A stretch of DNA of 64,000 bases from Burkholderiaceae bacterium (GTDB lineage Bacteria > Pseudomonadota > Gammaproteobacteria > Burkholderiales > Burkholderiaceae_C): assembly GCA_964228805.1 (NCBI GenBank), contig CAXRBE010000121.1, positions 4,889 to 68,888 of the forward strand, written 5' to 3'. Below the pieces are notes generated by a model, which saw only the letters and a program-made list of their open reading frames with translations, had not been told where the DNA came from and ran no database searches. Positions 39,681 to 48,963 of this stretch are shown one piece after another (the first letter of the stretch is position 1; every line of letters begins with the position of its first letter). Made by a program: the position numbers and the translations under genes.

Positions 39681-41167
39681 AGATCGTCGCTGCGCGCATG
39701 AACCACGAGACCAACACCTTCTCGCCGGTGCCCACGCCCTTGTCGTCGTTCGGGCCCGACGGGCCAACTTTTGGCGCCCAGGCGCTAGCGCTGGGGCGCG
39801 GCACCCGCACCGGGCTGGGCGCATTCATTGACCTGGCCATTGCGCGGTGTGATGAGATCGTGGTGGCAGTCAACGCCACCGCCAATCCCAGCGGCTGTGT
39901 GCAGGATGCAGCTTTTGAGCAGATGGCTGACAGCATTGTGGAAAAAGTGCGTGCCGGTTGCGATCTGGTCCTGCTCGACCTGCATGGCGCCATGGTCACC
40001 CAGTCCTTGCCCGATGCTGAGGGTGAGTTGCTCAGGCGTGTACGTGCGGTGGTTGCGGGCGCCCCGATGGCGGTGGCGCTGGATCTGCACGCCAACCTGA
40101 CCCAGGCGATGATTGACCATGCCGATGTGATGGTGGGCTTCAAAACCTATCCCCATGTCGATATGTACGAGACTGGTGCGCACGCTGCCCGGCTGGCGTT
40201 CAAGTGGCTCGATCTTGGGCGGCAGCCGGCGCTGGCATGGCGCCAGCTGCCTCTCTTGTCGCACACCCTGGCCAGCGCCACTGACCAGGGAGCCATGCAG
40301 CGCGCAGTGCAACGAGCCCTGGCGATGGAACAACAGGGGCTGGCGGCCGCCACCGTGTTTGCCGGCTTCTCGCTGGCCGACATCCCCGATGCGGGCATGA
40401 GCGTGGTCACCGTAGGCGATGACCAAAGCCAGGCACAGGCTGCTGCCGATGAACTGGCGCGCATGATCTGGCAGGCGCGTGCAGGTTTTGTCTACACCAG
40501 TGAAGCGCTGGCTGACAGCGTTGCGCATGCCAAGGTCTTGCGCGCCAGCGCAAGCGGTTCTGGCCCGGTGCTGTTGCTTGACCATGGTGACAATGTGATG
40601 TCTGGCGGCAGCTGCGACACCACGCCGGTGCTGGAGGAGTGCCTGCGTCAGGGGCTCACCGGCATCGGCCTGGGCCCGCTGGCCGATGCGTCCACGGTGG
40701 CTCAGGCCATTGAAGCGGGTGTGGGTGCCAAACTCAGGGTGCTGCTGGGCAACAAGATGGCGCTGGGCCTGCCCAATGGACAGTCACCCCCGCTGGCCCT
40801 GCAGGTGCAGGTGCGTGCCATCACCGATGGCCGTTTTCGCATCACCGGCCCCATCTATACCGGTGAGACCTGGGCCATGGGACGCACTGTGGTGCTGGAG
40901 CATGCAGCGGGCGTGCTGGTGGTCAGTGAGCGACCCATGGAGCCGCTTGATCTGGGCGTTTTCACCAGCGTCGGGGTCGATCCAGGCCAGTTTGACTATC
41001 TGATTCTCAAGTCGCGCATGTACTGCCGCCCAAGCTTCGTGCCTATCAGCGCCGGCTTGGTGGAGTGCGACAGCCGGGGTGTCACCAGTTCAGACTACCA
41101 ACTGTTTCACTTCACGCGTCTGCGTCGACCTGTCTATCCGCTGGACTCTCAGGCCTCCTGGCCTTGA
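39677..41167 (+). CDS. M81 family metallopeptidase (MlrC-like)
   Basis: HETNTFSP, LDLHGAMV, LDLHAN, TYPHVD, DHGDN and LKS motifs; ATGA overlap with the D-aminoacylase gene. Confidence 0.88.
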   Translation: MKIVAARMNHETNTFSPVPTPLSSFGPDGPTFGAQALALGRGTRTGLGAFIDLAIARCDEIVVAVNATANPSGCVQDAAFEQMADSIVEKVRAGCDLVLLDLHGAMVTQSLPDAEGELLRRVRAVVAGAPMAVALDLHANLTQAMIDHADVMVGFKTYPHVDMYETGAHAARLAFKWLDLGRQPALAWRQLPLLSHTLASATDQGAMQRAVQRALAMEQQGLAAATVFAGFSLADIPDAGMSVVTVGDDQSQAQAAADELARMIWQARAGFVYTSEALADSVAHAKVLRASASGSGPVLLLDHGDNVMSGGSCDTTPVLEECLRQGLTGIGLGPLADASTVAQAIEAGVGAKLRVLLGNKMALGLPNGQSPPLALQVQVRAITDGRFRITGPIYTGETWAMGRTVVLEHAAGVLVVSERPMEPLDLGVFTSVGVDPGQFDYLILKSRMYCRPSFVPISAGLVECDSRGVTSSDYQLFHFTRLRRPVYPLDSQASWP

Positions 41168-42474
41168 TCCGGGCTGGTCGCCGGGGTGGTGGAGGGCAGT
41201 GCCAACACCTTGTCGATGCGCCGGCCATCCAGGTCGATCACCTCGAAAGTCCAATTGCCGCATTCGATGCGCTCACCGACCCGTGGCAGTTCGCCACTGA
41301 CAGCCTGGAGCAGGCCGGCCAGGGTGTTGTACAGGCCGCGGTCTTCTTGCGGCAGCGTCTGGATGTTGAGCCGGTTTTTCAACTCGTCCACCGGCATCAG
41401 GCCATCGAGCAGCCAGGAGCCATCGCCGCGCCGGGTGGCCCAGGCCTCGGTCTGGGTGATCGGTTGCAACTCGCCGGTGATGGCTTCGAGCAAGTCGCCT
41501 GGCGTCACCATGCCCTGCACCACGCCGTATTCGTCCACCACAAACACCAGCCGGCTGGCCCGAGCTCGAAACTGTTCCAGCAGCTCCAGGCCGGTCAGGG
41601 TTTCCGGCACAAACACAGCGGCCTGGATATGCTGGCTGAGCGCGGCTGACTCGGAGGCTCCCAGTTCGAGCAGCATGCCCAGGCTGATGATGCCCTCCAC
41701 CTGATCGAGCGAGCCGCGACAGACCGGGTACCAAGAATGCGAGTCCAGGTGGCCAGTGATGCTGATCTGCTGCAGGCTTTGTGCCACTGTCAGGTCGGCC
41801 TCCAGCCAGTCAATCTCGCTGCGTGGCACCATGATCGAGGTCAGTGGCCGGTCATCCAGGCGAAACACGTTTTGCACCAGCTTTTGTTCATGCGGCTCGA
41901 TCACACCGGCGTCCACACCCTCCTCCAGGCTGTGCCGGATCTCTTCCTCGGTCATGCTGCGCGTCACATCGGTGGGAATGCGCAGCACCCGCAAAGTAGC
42001 CTGGGTGGTGGCCGAGAGCAGGGCAACAAAAGGCCGCGCCGCCAGGGCCAGGCCGTTCATCGGGCGCGACATCCAGCGCGCCACCGTTTCAGGGTAGAGC
42101 TGGCCGATGCGCTTGGGCACCAGTTCACCGAAGATGATGGTGACAAAAGTGATCAGGGTGACCACCAGGCCAGTGGCGGTGATGCTCGCCGGTTTTTCTG
42201 GCAAGCCCAGGCTTTGCAGCCATAGGTCCAGGTCCTGGCTGAAGGCGGCCTCGCCCACAATGCCGTTGAGCACACCGATTGAGGTGATGCCCACCTGTAC
42301 CGTGGAAAGAAACTGGTTGGGTTTGTCCATCAGGGCCAGCGCAGCCTGGGCTCCGCCATCGCCAGCACTGGCCATGGCCATCAGGCGCGCCCTGCGGCTG
42401 GCTGCCAAGGCAAGCTCGGACATGGCGAACAGGCCGTTGAGCAGGATCAGCAGAACGATCAGCATTAACTCCAT
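41149..42474 (-). CDS. Hemolysin/CNNM (DUF21)-CBS-CorC family protein
   Basis: LNGLFAMSE, VQVGIT, FGELVPK, VVDEYG and DGRRIDKV motifs. Confidence 0.9.
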   Translation of the reverse strand: MELMLIVLLILLNGLFAMSELALAASRRARLMAMASAGDGGAQAALALMDKPNQFLSTVQVGITSIGVLNGIVGEAAFSQDLDLWLQSLGLPEKPASITATGLVVTLITFVTIIFGELVPKRIGQLYPETVARWMSRPMNGLALAARPFVALLSATTQATLRVLRIPTDVTRSMTEEEIRHSLEEGVDAGVIEPHEQKLVQNVFRLDDRPLTSIMVPRSEIDWLEADLTVAQSLQQISITGHLDSHSWYPVCRGSLDQVEGIISLGMLLELGASESAALSQHIQAAVFVPETLTGLELLEQFRARASRLVFVVDEYGVVQGMVTPGDLLEAITGELQPITQTEAWATRRGDGSWLLDGLMPVDELKNRLNIQTLPQEDRGLYNTLAGLLQAVSGELPRVGERIECGNWTFEVIDLDGRRIDKVLALPSTTPATSPDQGQEA

Positions 42475-42498
42475 AGGAGCCAGGCGAAAATAGACACC

Positions 42499-43350
42499 AT
42501 GGCACTTTACCTGATTGGCGATGTGCAGGGTTGTGATGCGGCTCTGGGACGCCTGCTTGACACGATCGGCTTCTCGCCCAGCCGCGACACGCTCTACCTG
42601 CTGGGCGATCTGGTCAACCGTGGGCCGGATTCGCTGGCGGTGTTACGCCGCCTGCACGGTTATATGGAATCGGCACACTGTCTGCTGGGCAACCATGACC
42701 TGCATCTGTTGGCTGTGGCTCATGGAGCACATGCGCCCCATCGTCTTGACACCTTGGAGCCCATATTGCAGGCGCCCGACCGCAAGCCCCTGCTGGACTG
42801 GCTGCGCCAGCAGAAGCTGGCACGGGCCGAGTGCATCGCAGGAGAGCAGGTGCTGATGGTGCATGCCGGTGTATTGCCAAGTTGGACCCTGGCACAAACC
42901 CTGGATCTGGCCGCTGAGGTTGAGGCCGTGCTGCGTGGACCCGATTTCACGGACTTCCTGCATCGCATGTATGGCAACCAGTCCGACGCCTGGCACGATG
43001 GGCTGCAAGGCATGGAACGATTGCGAGTGATAGTCAATGCCTTGACCCGCCTGCGTTTCTGCACTGCCCAGGGCGTGATGGAATTTGTCACCAAGGAGGC
43101 CGCCGCGGCATCGCCACCAGGATATATGCCCTGGTTTGATGTGCCCGGGCGAAAAACCCGGGAGTTCACCGTGGCCTTCGGCCATTGGTCTACGCTGGGG
43201 GTCATGCACCAAGAGCGTCTGATTGCGCTGGACACTGGTTGCGTCTGGGGTGGAGCGCTCAGCGCAGTAAGGTTTGACGCAGAGGGCGGGCGTGAACTGA
43301 TCCAGGTGCCATGTCCGGCAGCCCTGCGCCCTGGCGAGCCAGGCGATTGA
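42499..43350 (+). CDS. apaH: Symmetrical bis(5'-nucleosyl)-tetraphosphatase
   Basis: IGDVQGC, GDLVNRG, LGNHD, FGHWS and LDTGCVWG motifs. Confidence 0.93.
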   Translation: MALYLIGDVQGCDAALGRLLDTIGFSPSRDTLYLLGDLVNRGPDSLAVLRRLHGYMESAHCLLGNHDLHLLAVAHGAHAPHRLDTLEPILQAPDRKPLLDWLRQQKLARAECIAGEQVLMVHAGVLPSWTLAQTLDLAAEVEAVLRGPDFTDFLHRMYGNQSDAWHDGLQGMERLRVIVNALTRLRFCTAQGVMEFVTKEAAAASPPGYMPWFDVPGRKTREFTVAFGHWSTLGVMHQERLIALDTGCVWGGALSAVRFDAEGGRELIQVPCPAALRPGEPGD

Positions 43351-43377
43351 ACTCAGGCCCGCGTCTTGATCGCGGGC

Positions 43378-44817
43378 TCAGGCCGTCTTGAACAGAGCGG
43401 CCACCTTGCGCTTGTGTTTGATATTGGCCGAGATGCCGGTACGAGGGGCCGGCTTGGTGGCGGCTTCCCAGGCGGGCGGCGCGTCTGAAGCACTAGCCTC
43501 ATAGGGCTTGTTGAAGAAGGGGTCGGCCGGGGCAGCCCTGGGGGCCTGAGCGCGCGGCGTACGCTCGGCCTGGCCCCGTGAGCGTCCCGAATCCTCCTGG
43601 TCGTACAGGCGATGCCCCTCGTTGAAGCGGCCCTGTCTGCGGATATCAGGTTGGTACTCATCAAATTCGACCGGCTCCACTTCAAACTTGGTCTTGATCA
43701 GTTTTTCGATATCACCCACCAGGCGGGCGTCCTTGCTGGTGGCAAAACTCACAGCTAGGCCAGAGGCGCCAGCACGGCCGGTGCGGCCAATGCGGTGCAC
43801 ATAGTCTTCAGCATTGAAGGGGATGTCGAAGTTGAACACCGCTGGCACATCCTTGATGTCCAGCCCGCGCGCAGCCACATCGGTGCAGACCAAGAGGTCA
43901 ACCTCGCCACGCTTGAAGGCATCCAAGGCCTTGAGCCTTTCGTCCTGGCTCTTGTCGCCATGCAGGGCGGTGGCCTTGAGGCCATCACGTTCCAGCGCAC
44001 GTGCCAGACGCGCGCAGCCGAGCTTGCTGTTGACAAAGACAAAGGCCTGTTTGAGGTCCTTGTCGCGCAGGATCTGCTTGAGGGCACGGCGCTTGTCGTC
44101 TTCAGGCACGCTGTAAACATGCTGCTCCACTGTGGCGGCAGCGGCGTTGGAGCGCGCCACCTCAATCGTCACTGGGTTTTGTAAGTAGCTGTTGGCCAAG
44201 CGCTTGATCTCGGGCGAGAAAGTGGCTGAAAACAGCAGGGTGGTGCGCTGCTTGGGCAGGTAGGACAGGATGCGCTGCAGATCGGGCAAAAAGCCGATGT
44301 CCAGCATGCGGTCAGCCTCATCCAGCACCACATACTCGACCTGGTTGAGCACCGCATTTTTGGCCTCGATATGGTCGAGCAGGCGACCTGGCGTGGCCAC
44401 CAGCACCTCCACCCCTTTCTTCAACTCGGCGGTCTGGGGTTTCATGTCCATGCCACCAAAGACCACAGTGCTGCGAATCCCGGTGTACTTGGCATAGAGC
44501 TTGACCTGCTGCGCCACCTGATCGGCCAGCTCGCGCGTGGGCAACAGCACCAGCGCGCGCACCGGGTGGCGTGCCGGCGAGGTGGAGCTGTTTTCATGCT
44601 TGAGCAGGCGCTGCAGAAGGGGGAGGGAAAAGGCGGCAGTCTTGCCGGTGCCGGTCTGGGCTGCACCCATGACATCCTGGCCGGCCAGTACGACCGGAAT
44701 GGCCTGGGCCTGGATTGGGGTCAGGGTTTCATAACCCATTTCGGCCACTGCGCGTTTGAGCGGCTCGGCCAGATTCAGCTCAGCATAGAGTTGCGGGACG
44801 GGGTTGGGATCAATCAT
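43378..44817 (-). CDS. DEAD-box RNA helicase (RhlE-like)
   Basis: AQTGTGKT, PTRELA, TPGR, DEAD, SAT and HRIGRTGR motifs. Confidence 0.95.
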   Translation of the reverse strand: MIDPNPVPQLYAELNLAEPLKRAVAEMGYETLTPIQAQAIPVVLAGQDVMGAAQTGTGKTAAFSLPLLQRLLKHENSSTSPARHPVRALVLLPTRELADQVAQQVKLYAKYTGIRSTVVFGGMDMKPQTAELKKGVEVLVATPGRLLDHIEAKNAVLNQVEYVVLDEADRMLDIGFLPDLQRILSYLPKQRTTLLFSATFSPEIKRLANSYLQNPVTIEVARSNAAAATVEQHVYSVPEDDKRRALKQILRDKDLKQAFVFVNSKLGCARLARALERDGLKATALHGDKSQDERLKALDAFKRGEVDLLVCTDVAARGLDIKDVPAVFNFDIPFNAEDYVHRIGRTGRAGASGLAVSFATSKDARLVGDIEKLIKTKFEVEPVEFDEYQPDIRRQGRFNEGHRLYDQEDSGRSRGQAERTPRAQAPRAAPADPFFNKPYEASASDAPPAWEAATKPAPRTGISANIKHKRKVAALFKTA

Positions 44818-44942
44818 TGGTTTTTGGAAGTGAGTGGCCGCTGACTCAAAATCCTAGGATGGCGGGCGGCCAGGGCAGGCCCGGCGCGACCGGGCAAAAC
44901 CGTATTATCGCCTATCTGCCTCAGTTCAGTTGCCTGTCCGAC

Positions 44943-45875
44943 ATGCCAAACACCCGAGCCTTATCAGCCGCGCTTGACGGGCCCGACACCGCTGCCCGAC
45001 TGCCCTACCTGGCCCTGGCCCAAGAGATCGCGCATTTGTTGGGCGAGGCCACGGTGCAGGTGCCGGCGAGGCTGGTGCAAGCTCTGGCCGGTGGCGGCAG
45101 CCTGTTTGTCATGCCCGCCACCGACGGGCGCACCGCGATCACCAAGCTGATCACTTTCACCCCGGCCAACGCGGGCAGCGAACGCGCGACGATCCAGGGT
45201 GATGTGGTGGTCTTTGATGTGGCCAGCGGCGCGCGCCGCCTGATCCTGGATGGCCCCACCGTGACCGCTCGTCGCACGGCAGCAGTTTCCCTGCTGGCAG
45301 CGCAACATCTTGCCCACAACCCGACGGGCCCCTTGCTGATCGTGGGAGCCGGCGTGCAAGGACGATCCCATCTGGAGGCTTTCGCCATGGGCTTGGGTGT
45401 GACCGAGGTGTGCATTGCCTCGCGCAGCAGTACCAGCGCGCAGGCACTGGCCGCGCATGCCCAGAGCATGGGCTTGCGCGCCAGGGTGGTGAGCGATGCC
45501 AACGCCGCGCTGGCCGACTGCCCATTGGTCATCACCTGCACCCCTGCGCGCGAAGTGGTGCTGAGCTCCTTGCCGCGACCCGATGCCTTCATCGCGGCAG
45601 TCGGCGCATTCACCCCACAGATGGTGGAACTCAGCCCGGCTGTGTGCCGCCATTGCGCAGCGCAGGGCCAGGTGGTGCTTGACACCCGTGACGCCGACCA
45701 TGAGGCCGGAGACTTGTTGCAGGCGGGTTTGGCGGTGTCGAACTTTGCCTCACTGGCCGATGTAGTGCATGGCAAGCAAAACCGGCCACTTCCAAAAACC
45801 GGCCCGGTGCTGTTCAAGAGCTGCGGTTGGGCCGGCTGGGACCTCGCCGCGTCGCGGCTGGCCTGCAGAACCTGA
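44943..45875 (+). CDS. Ornithine cyclodeaminase/mu-crystallin family (delta1-pyrroline-2-carboxylate reductase-like)
   Basis: TARRTAAVS, GAGVQG, EAGDL and FKSCGWAGWD motifs; start taken at ATG 44943. Confidence 0.8.
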   Translation: MPNTRALSAALDGPDTAARLPYLALAQEIAHLLGEATVQVPARLVQALAGGGSLFVMPATDGRTAITKLITFTPANAGSERATIQGDVVVFDVASGARRLILDGPTVTARRTAAVSLLAAQHLAHNPTGPLLIVGAGVQGRSHLEAFAMGLGVTEVCIASRSSTSAQALAAHAQSMGLRARVVSDANAALADCPLVITCTPAREVVLSSLPRPDAFIAAVGAFTPQMVELSPAVCRHCAAQGQVVLDTRDADHEAGDLLQAGLAVSNFASLADVVHGKQNRPLPKTGPVLFKSCGWAGWDLAASRLACRT

Positions 45876-45889
45876 GCTCCGGGCTGAAG

Positions 45890-45925
45890 TCAGGTTTTCG
45901 GCAGCGTCACGCCGCGCTGGCCCTG
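45890..45925 (-). repeat. Displaced copy of the last 12 codons of dcd (att-like direct repeat, left copy)
   Basis: Minus strand CAG GGC CAG CGC GGC GTG ACG CTG CCG AAA ACC TGA ([11 protein letters not shown]); 33/36 identical to 46609-46644. Confidence 0.92.
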
Positions 45926-45943
45926 ATCACCACATCGGTTTCA

Positions 45944-45977
45944 ATTTAACTTTTACCGGTAAACGGTATAATGTGCC
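45944..45977 (+). promoter_or_regulatory. higBA promoter with overlapping palindromic operator
   Basis: TATAAT at 45967-45972; palindromes TTTACCGGTAAA (45952-45963) and TACCG-N5-CGGTA in the spacer. Confidence 0.7.
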
Positions 45978-46256
45978 ATGATCAAGACCTTTGCCGACCG
46001 GGCGACTGCTGAGCTGTTTTCCGGAACGCGGGTGGCGCGCTGGGCCAATATTGAAATTGTGGCCACCCGCAAGTTGCAGCAACTGGATTGTGCTGTGACG
46101 CTGGAAAGCCTGCGCGTACCGCCCGGCAACCGTCTGGAGGCGCTCACAGCAGACCGGCAGGGCCAGCATAGCCTGCGCATCAACGAACAGTGGCGGCTTT
46201 GCTTTGTGTGGGCTGCCGATGGCGTGTACCAGGTTCAGATCGTTGACTATCACTGA
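45978..46256 (+). CDS. higB: HigB toxin (RelE/ParE superfamily)
   Basis: MIKTF, RKLQQL, LRVPPGNRLEAL, SLRINEQWRLCF and C-terminal IVDYH. Confidence 0.93.
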   Translation: MIKTFADRATAELFSGTRVARWANIEIVATRKLQQLDCAVTLESLRVPPGNRLEALTADRQGQHSLRINEQWRLCFVWAADGVYQVQIVDYH

Positions 46257-46275
46257 AAACCTAACGGAGCCGACT

Positions 46276-46587
46276 ATGACCATTAACGCCCCAGTCAACC
46301 GCATGCGGCCGGTGCATCCTGGCGAAATCCTGCGTGAGGATTATCTGAGGCCGCTCGAAATGAGCGCCAATGCCTTATCGAAGGCCCTCAAGGTGCCTGC
46401 CTCCCGTATCAATGACATCGTGCTGGAGCGACGCGGAGTTACGGTGGATACGGCCATGCGCCTGGTTCGCTATTTCGGCGGCGATGTTCAAAGCTGGATG
46501 AACCTTCAAACAGCCTATGACATCAAGGTGGCAGAGAAGATGCTGGCAAAACGGGTGGAGCGGGAAGTGGTTCCGAAGGCAGCATGA
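46276..46587 (+). CDS. higA: HigA antitoxin (HTH_XRE)
   Basis: HPGEILREDYL, DTAMRL and WMNLQTAYD motifs; GGAG RBS before ATG 46276. Confidence 0.93.
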   Translation: MTINAPVNRMRPVHPGEILREDYLRPLEMSANALSKALKVPASRINDIVLERRGVTVDTAMRLVRYFGGDVQSWMNLQTAYDIKVAEKMLAKRVEREVVPKAA

Positions 46588-46608
46588 TCGGGCAAGGCCC
46601 GACCACAA

Positions 46609-47178
<570 letters not shown>

Positions 47179-47267
47179 GCTGAGTTTCCTGTCAATGCCG
47201 AATTGTAGGCAGGGGGGCAGAAGCCAGTTGGGCCGCCCCACCGACAAGTAAGACCGCGCCTTGGCGC

Positions 47268-48191
47268 TTAACTCGGCTTTTCGCCGGCGACCGTAGTGCG
47301 GTAGAGCTCGCGGCGGTAGCCAAAATAATCGTTGAAGGCCTGGTGCACGCACAGCCGGTTGTCCCAGATCGCCAGCGTTTTGGGCTCCCAGCGCAGTCGA
47401 CAGGTGAAAGCGTGCTGAATGATGTATTCGACCAGGAAGGCCAGCAGCGGCGCTGATTCCTCGGGCTCCATGCCCTGGATGCCAATGGCATAGGCCCCAT
47501 CCACATACAGGGCCTTCTCGCCAGTCACCGGGTGGGTGCGCACCAGGGGATGGAAGTTGCCATTGATCTTGCGGATCAGGTTTTCTGACAGCTGGGTGGA
47601 TTGGCGGGTGGCCGCCAGATTGCCGATCGGGCTGTCGCGCAGCTCCACACTGTCCTGCGCAGCTTTCATCACTTCGCGAATTGAGAAATGAACCTTGAGC
47701 CCCTGGATCATCTGGCGGTAGGTGTCACTCAGGCTGGCATAGGCCAGGGCGGAATTGGCCCAGATGGTATCGCCGCCAAAGGGCGGTATTTCCACCGAAT
47801 ACAGCGCCGTGATGGCCGGCGGCTCGGGCAGAAAGGGCGAGTCGGTGTGCCAGCCTTCACCGAACACCATTTTCGATTTGTCGTCGGCCTCCTTGATCAG
47901 CGGATGCACATTGCGGTGGCCGGGCACGCCGGAGGTGTAGGCGTCCTCCGCAAACGGGCCAAAGCGCAAGCTGAAGGCCTCGTGCTGTTCGTGGCTCAGG
48001 GTCTGTTGGCGGAAGTAGATCATCTTGTGCCGAAACAGTGCGTGCTGCACTTCGGCAAACTGCGCGTCATTGATCTTGGCCAGGTCAACGCCCCGGATTT
48101 CGGCGCCCATGGCGGCAGCCAGGGGGATGGCCTGGATGTGCTGATAGTTGCTGGCGTGATTGTCGAACTTGCCCGTCGGATGAAGACGCAT
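47268..48191 (-). CDS. TauD/TfdA family Fe(II)/2-oxoglutarate dioxygenase
   Basis: WHTD (HxD), [15 protein letters not shown] and WDNRLCVH motifs. Confidence 0.9.
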   Translation of the reverse strand: MRLHPTGKFDNHASNYQHIQAIPLAAAMGAEIRGVDLAKINDAQFAEVQHALFRHKMIYFRQQTLSHEQHEAFSLRFGPFAEDAYTSGVPGHRNVHPLIKEADDKSKMVFGEGWHTDSPFLPEPPAITALYSVEIPPFGGDTIWANSALAYASLSDTYRQMIQGLKVHFSIREVMKAAQDSVELRDSPIGNLAATRQSTQLSENLIRKINGNFHPLVRTHPVTGEKALYVDGAYAIGIQGMEPEESAPLLAFLVEYIIQHAFTCRLRWEPKTLAIWDNRLCVHQAFNDYFGYRRELYRTTVAGEKPS

Positions 48192-48390
48192 GGAAACCTC
48201 AAGCTGTTCAGGTTGTTTAACCGTGCATCAGTCTAACCGTTTGGCCTGCCATCCTTCGCTCTGCCCGGTTCAAATGGGCATCTTGCCGGTGGCCGGCTGG
48301 CTTTTCCACATGATGAGAATGAGGGCATCGGCCCGCTTGCTTCACAATCTCCTGGCCGCAAGAAAAAATCCACTAAGGAAATAACAAGCA

Positions 48391-48864
48391 ATGACAACAT
48401 TGGAACCGACCCAGCCCAAGCTTGAAAAATTGATGCGTGTCACCGTACAGATTGACGTGCCCCAGCTGCTGGGCAAGACGCCTTGGGGTGAGCGCCGGAT
48501 CATCAACATCTCCGGCGGCAGCTTTCAGGGGGACAAATTGGCCGGCACTGTGCTGCGCGGTGGCGCCGATTGGCAACTGGTGCGACCCGATGGCGCGGCC
48601 AGTCTGGAGGCTCGCTACACCCTGCAAACCGACGATGGTGCGCTGATTTATGTCACCAACCGTGGCATCCGACATGGGCCGCCTGAGGTGCTGGCCCGCA
48701 TAGCGCAAGGAGAATTGGTCGATCCGGCACTCTATTATTTTCGTGCCACGCCCAGTTTTGAAACTGGCGATGCCCGTTACTTCTGGCTCAATAACCTGGT
48801 GCTGGTCTGCTCTGGTGTACGCACCAAGGAGGCCGTGATCCTGGATTTTTATACTGTGCTGTGA
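48391..48864 (+). CDS. DUF3237 (UPF0311) family protein
   Basis: RRIINISGG, GGADWQ, LQTDDGALIY and YYFRATPSFET motifs. Confidence 0.88.
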   Translation: MTTLEPTQPKLEKLMRVTVQIDVPQLLGKTPWGERRIINISGGSFQGDKLAGTVLRGGADWQLVRPDGAASLEARYTLQTDDGALIYVTNRGIRHGPPEVLARIAQGELVDPALYYFRATPSFETGDARYFWLNNLVLVCSGVRTKEAVILDFYTVL

Positions 48865-48963
48865 TGGCTGAGCTGGCGGTGGCGCTACAGTTGCAGCTGT
48901 GGTCATTGAGGCGCACCACAGGATTGATCCGGTCACAATCAAGAGGCAATACAGAGGAGCATT

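Noticed and set aside
39677-41167. Microcystin degradation (mlr) cluster
   Set aside because: Only an M81/MlrC-family gene is present; no mlrA, mlrB or mlrD is recognisable, and the family is widespread.
45926-46608. Integron cassette or dif module as the explanation for higBA
   Set aside because: No attC-like long imperfect palindrome, no XerC/D dif consensus and no intI seen; the boundaries are the dcd-derived direct repeats.
47179-47352. 58-aa N-terminal extension of dcd in the ORF track, and similar extensions of rsmB, ileS, the HNH gene, the SBP and ttuD
   Set aside because: Longest-ORF artefacts that overlap neighbouring genes, promoters or terminators; family-typical starts lie downstream.
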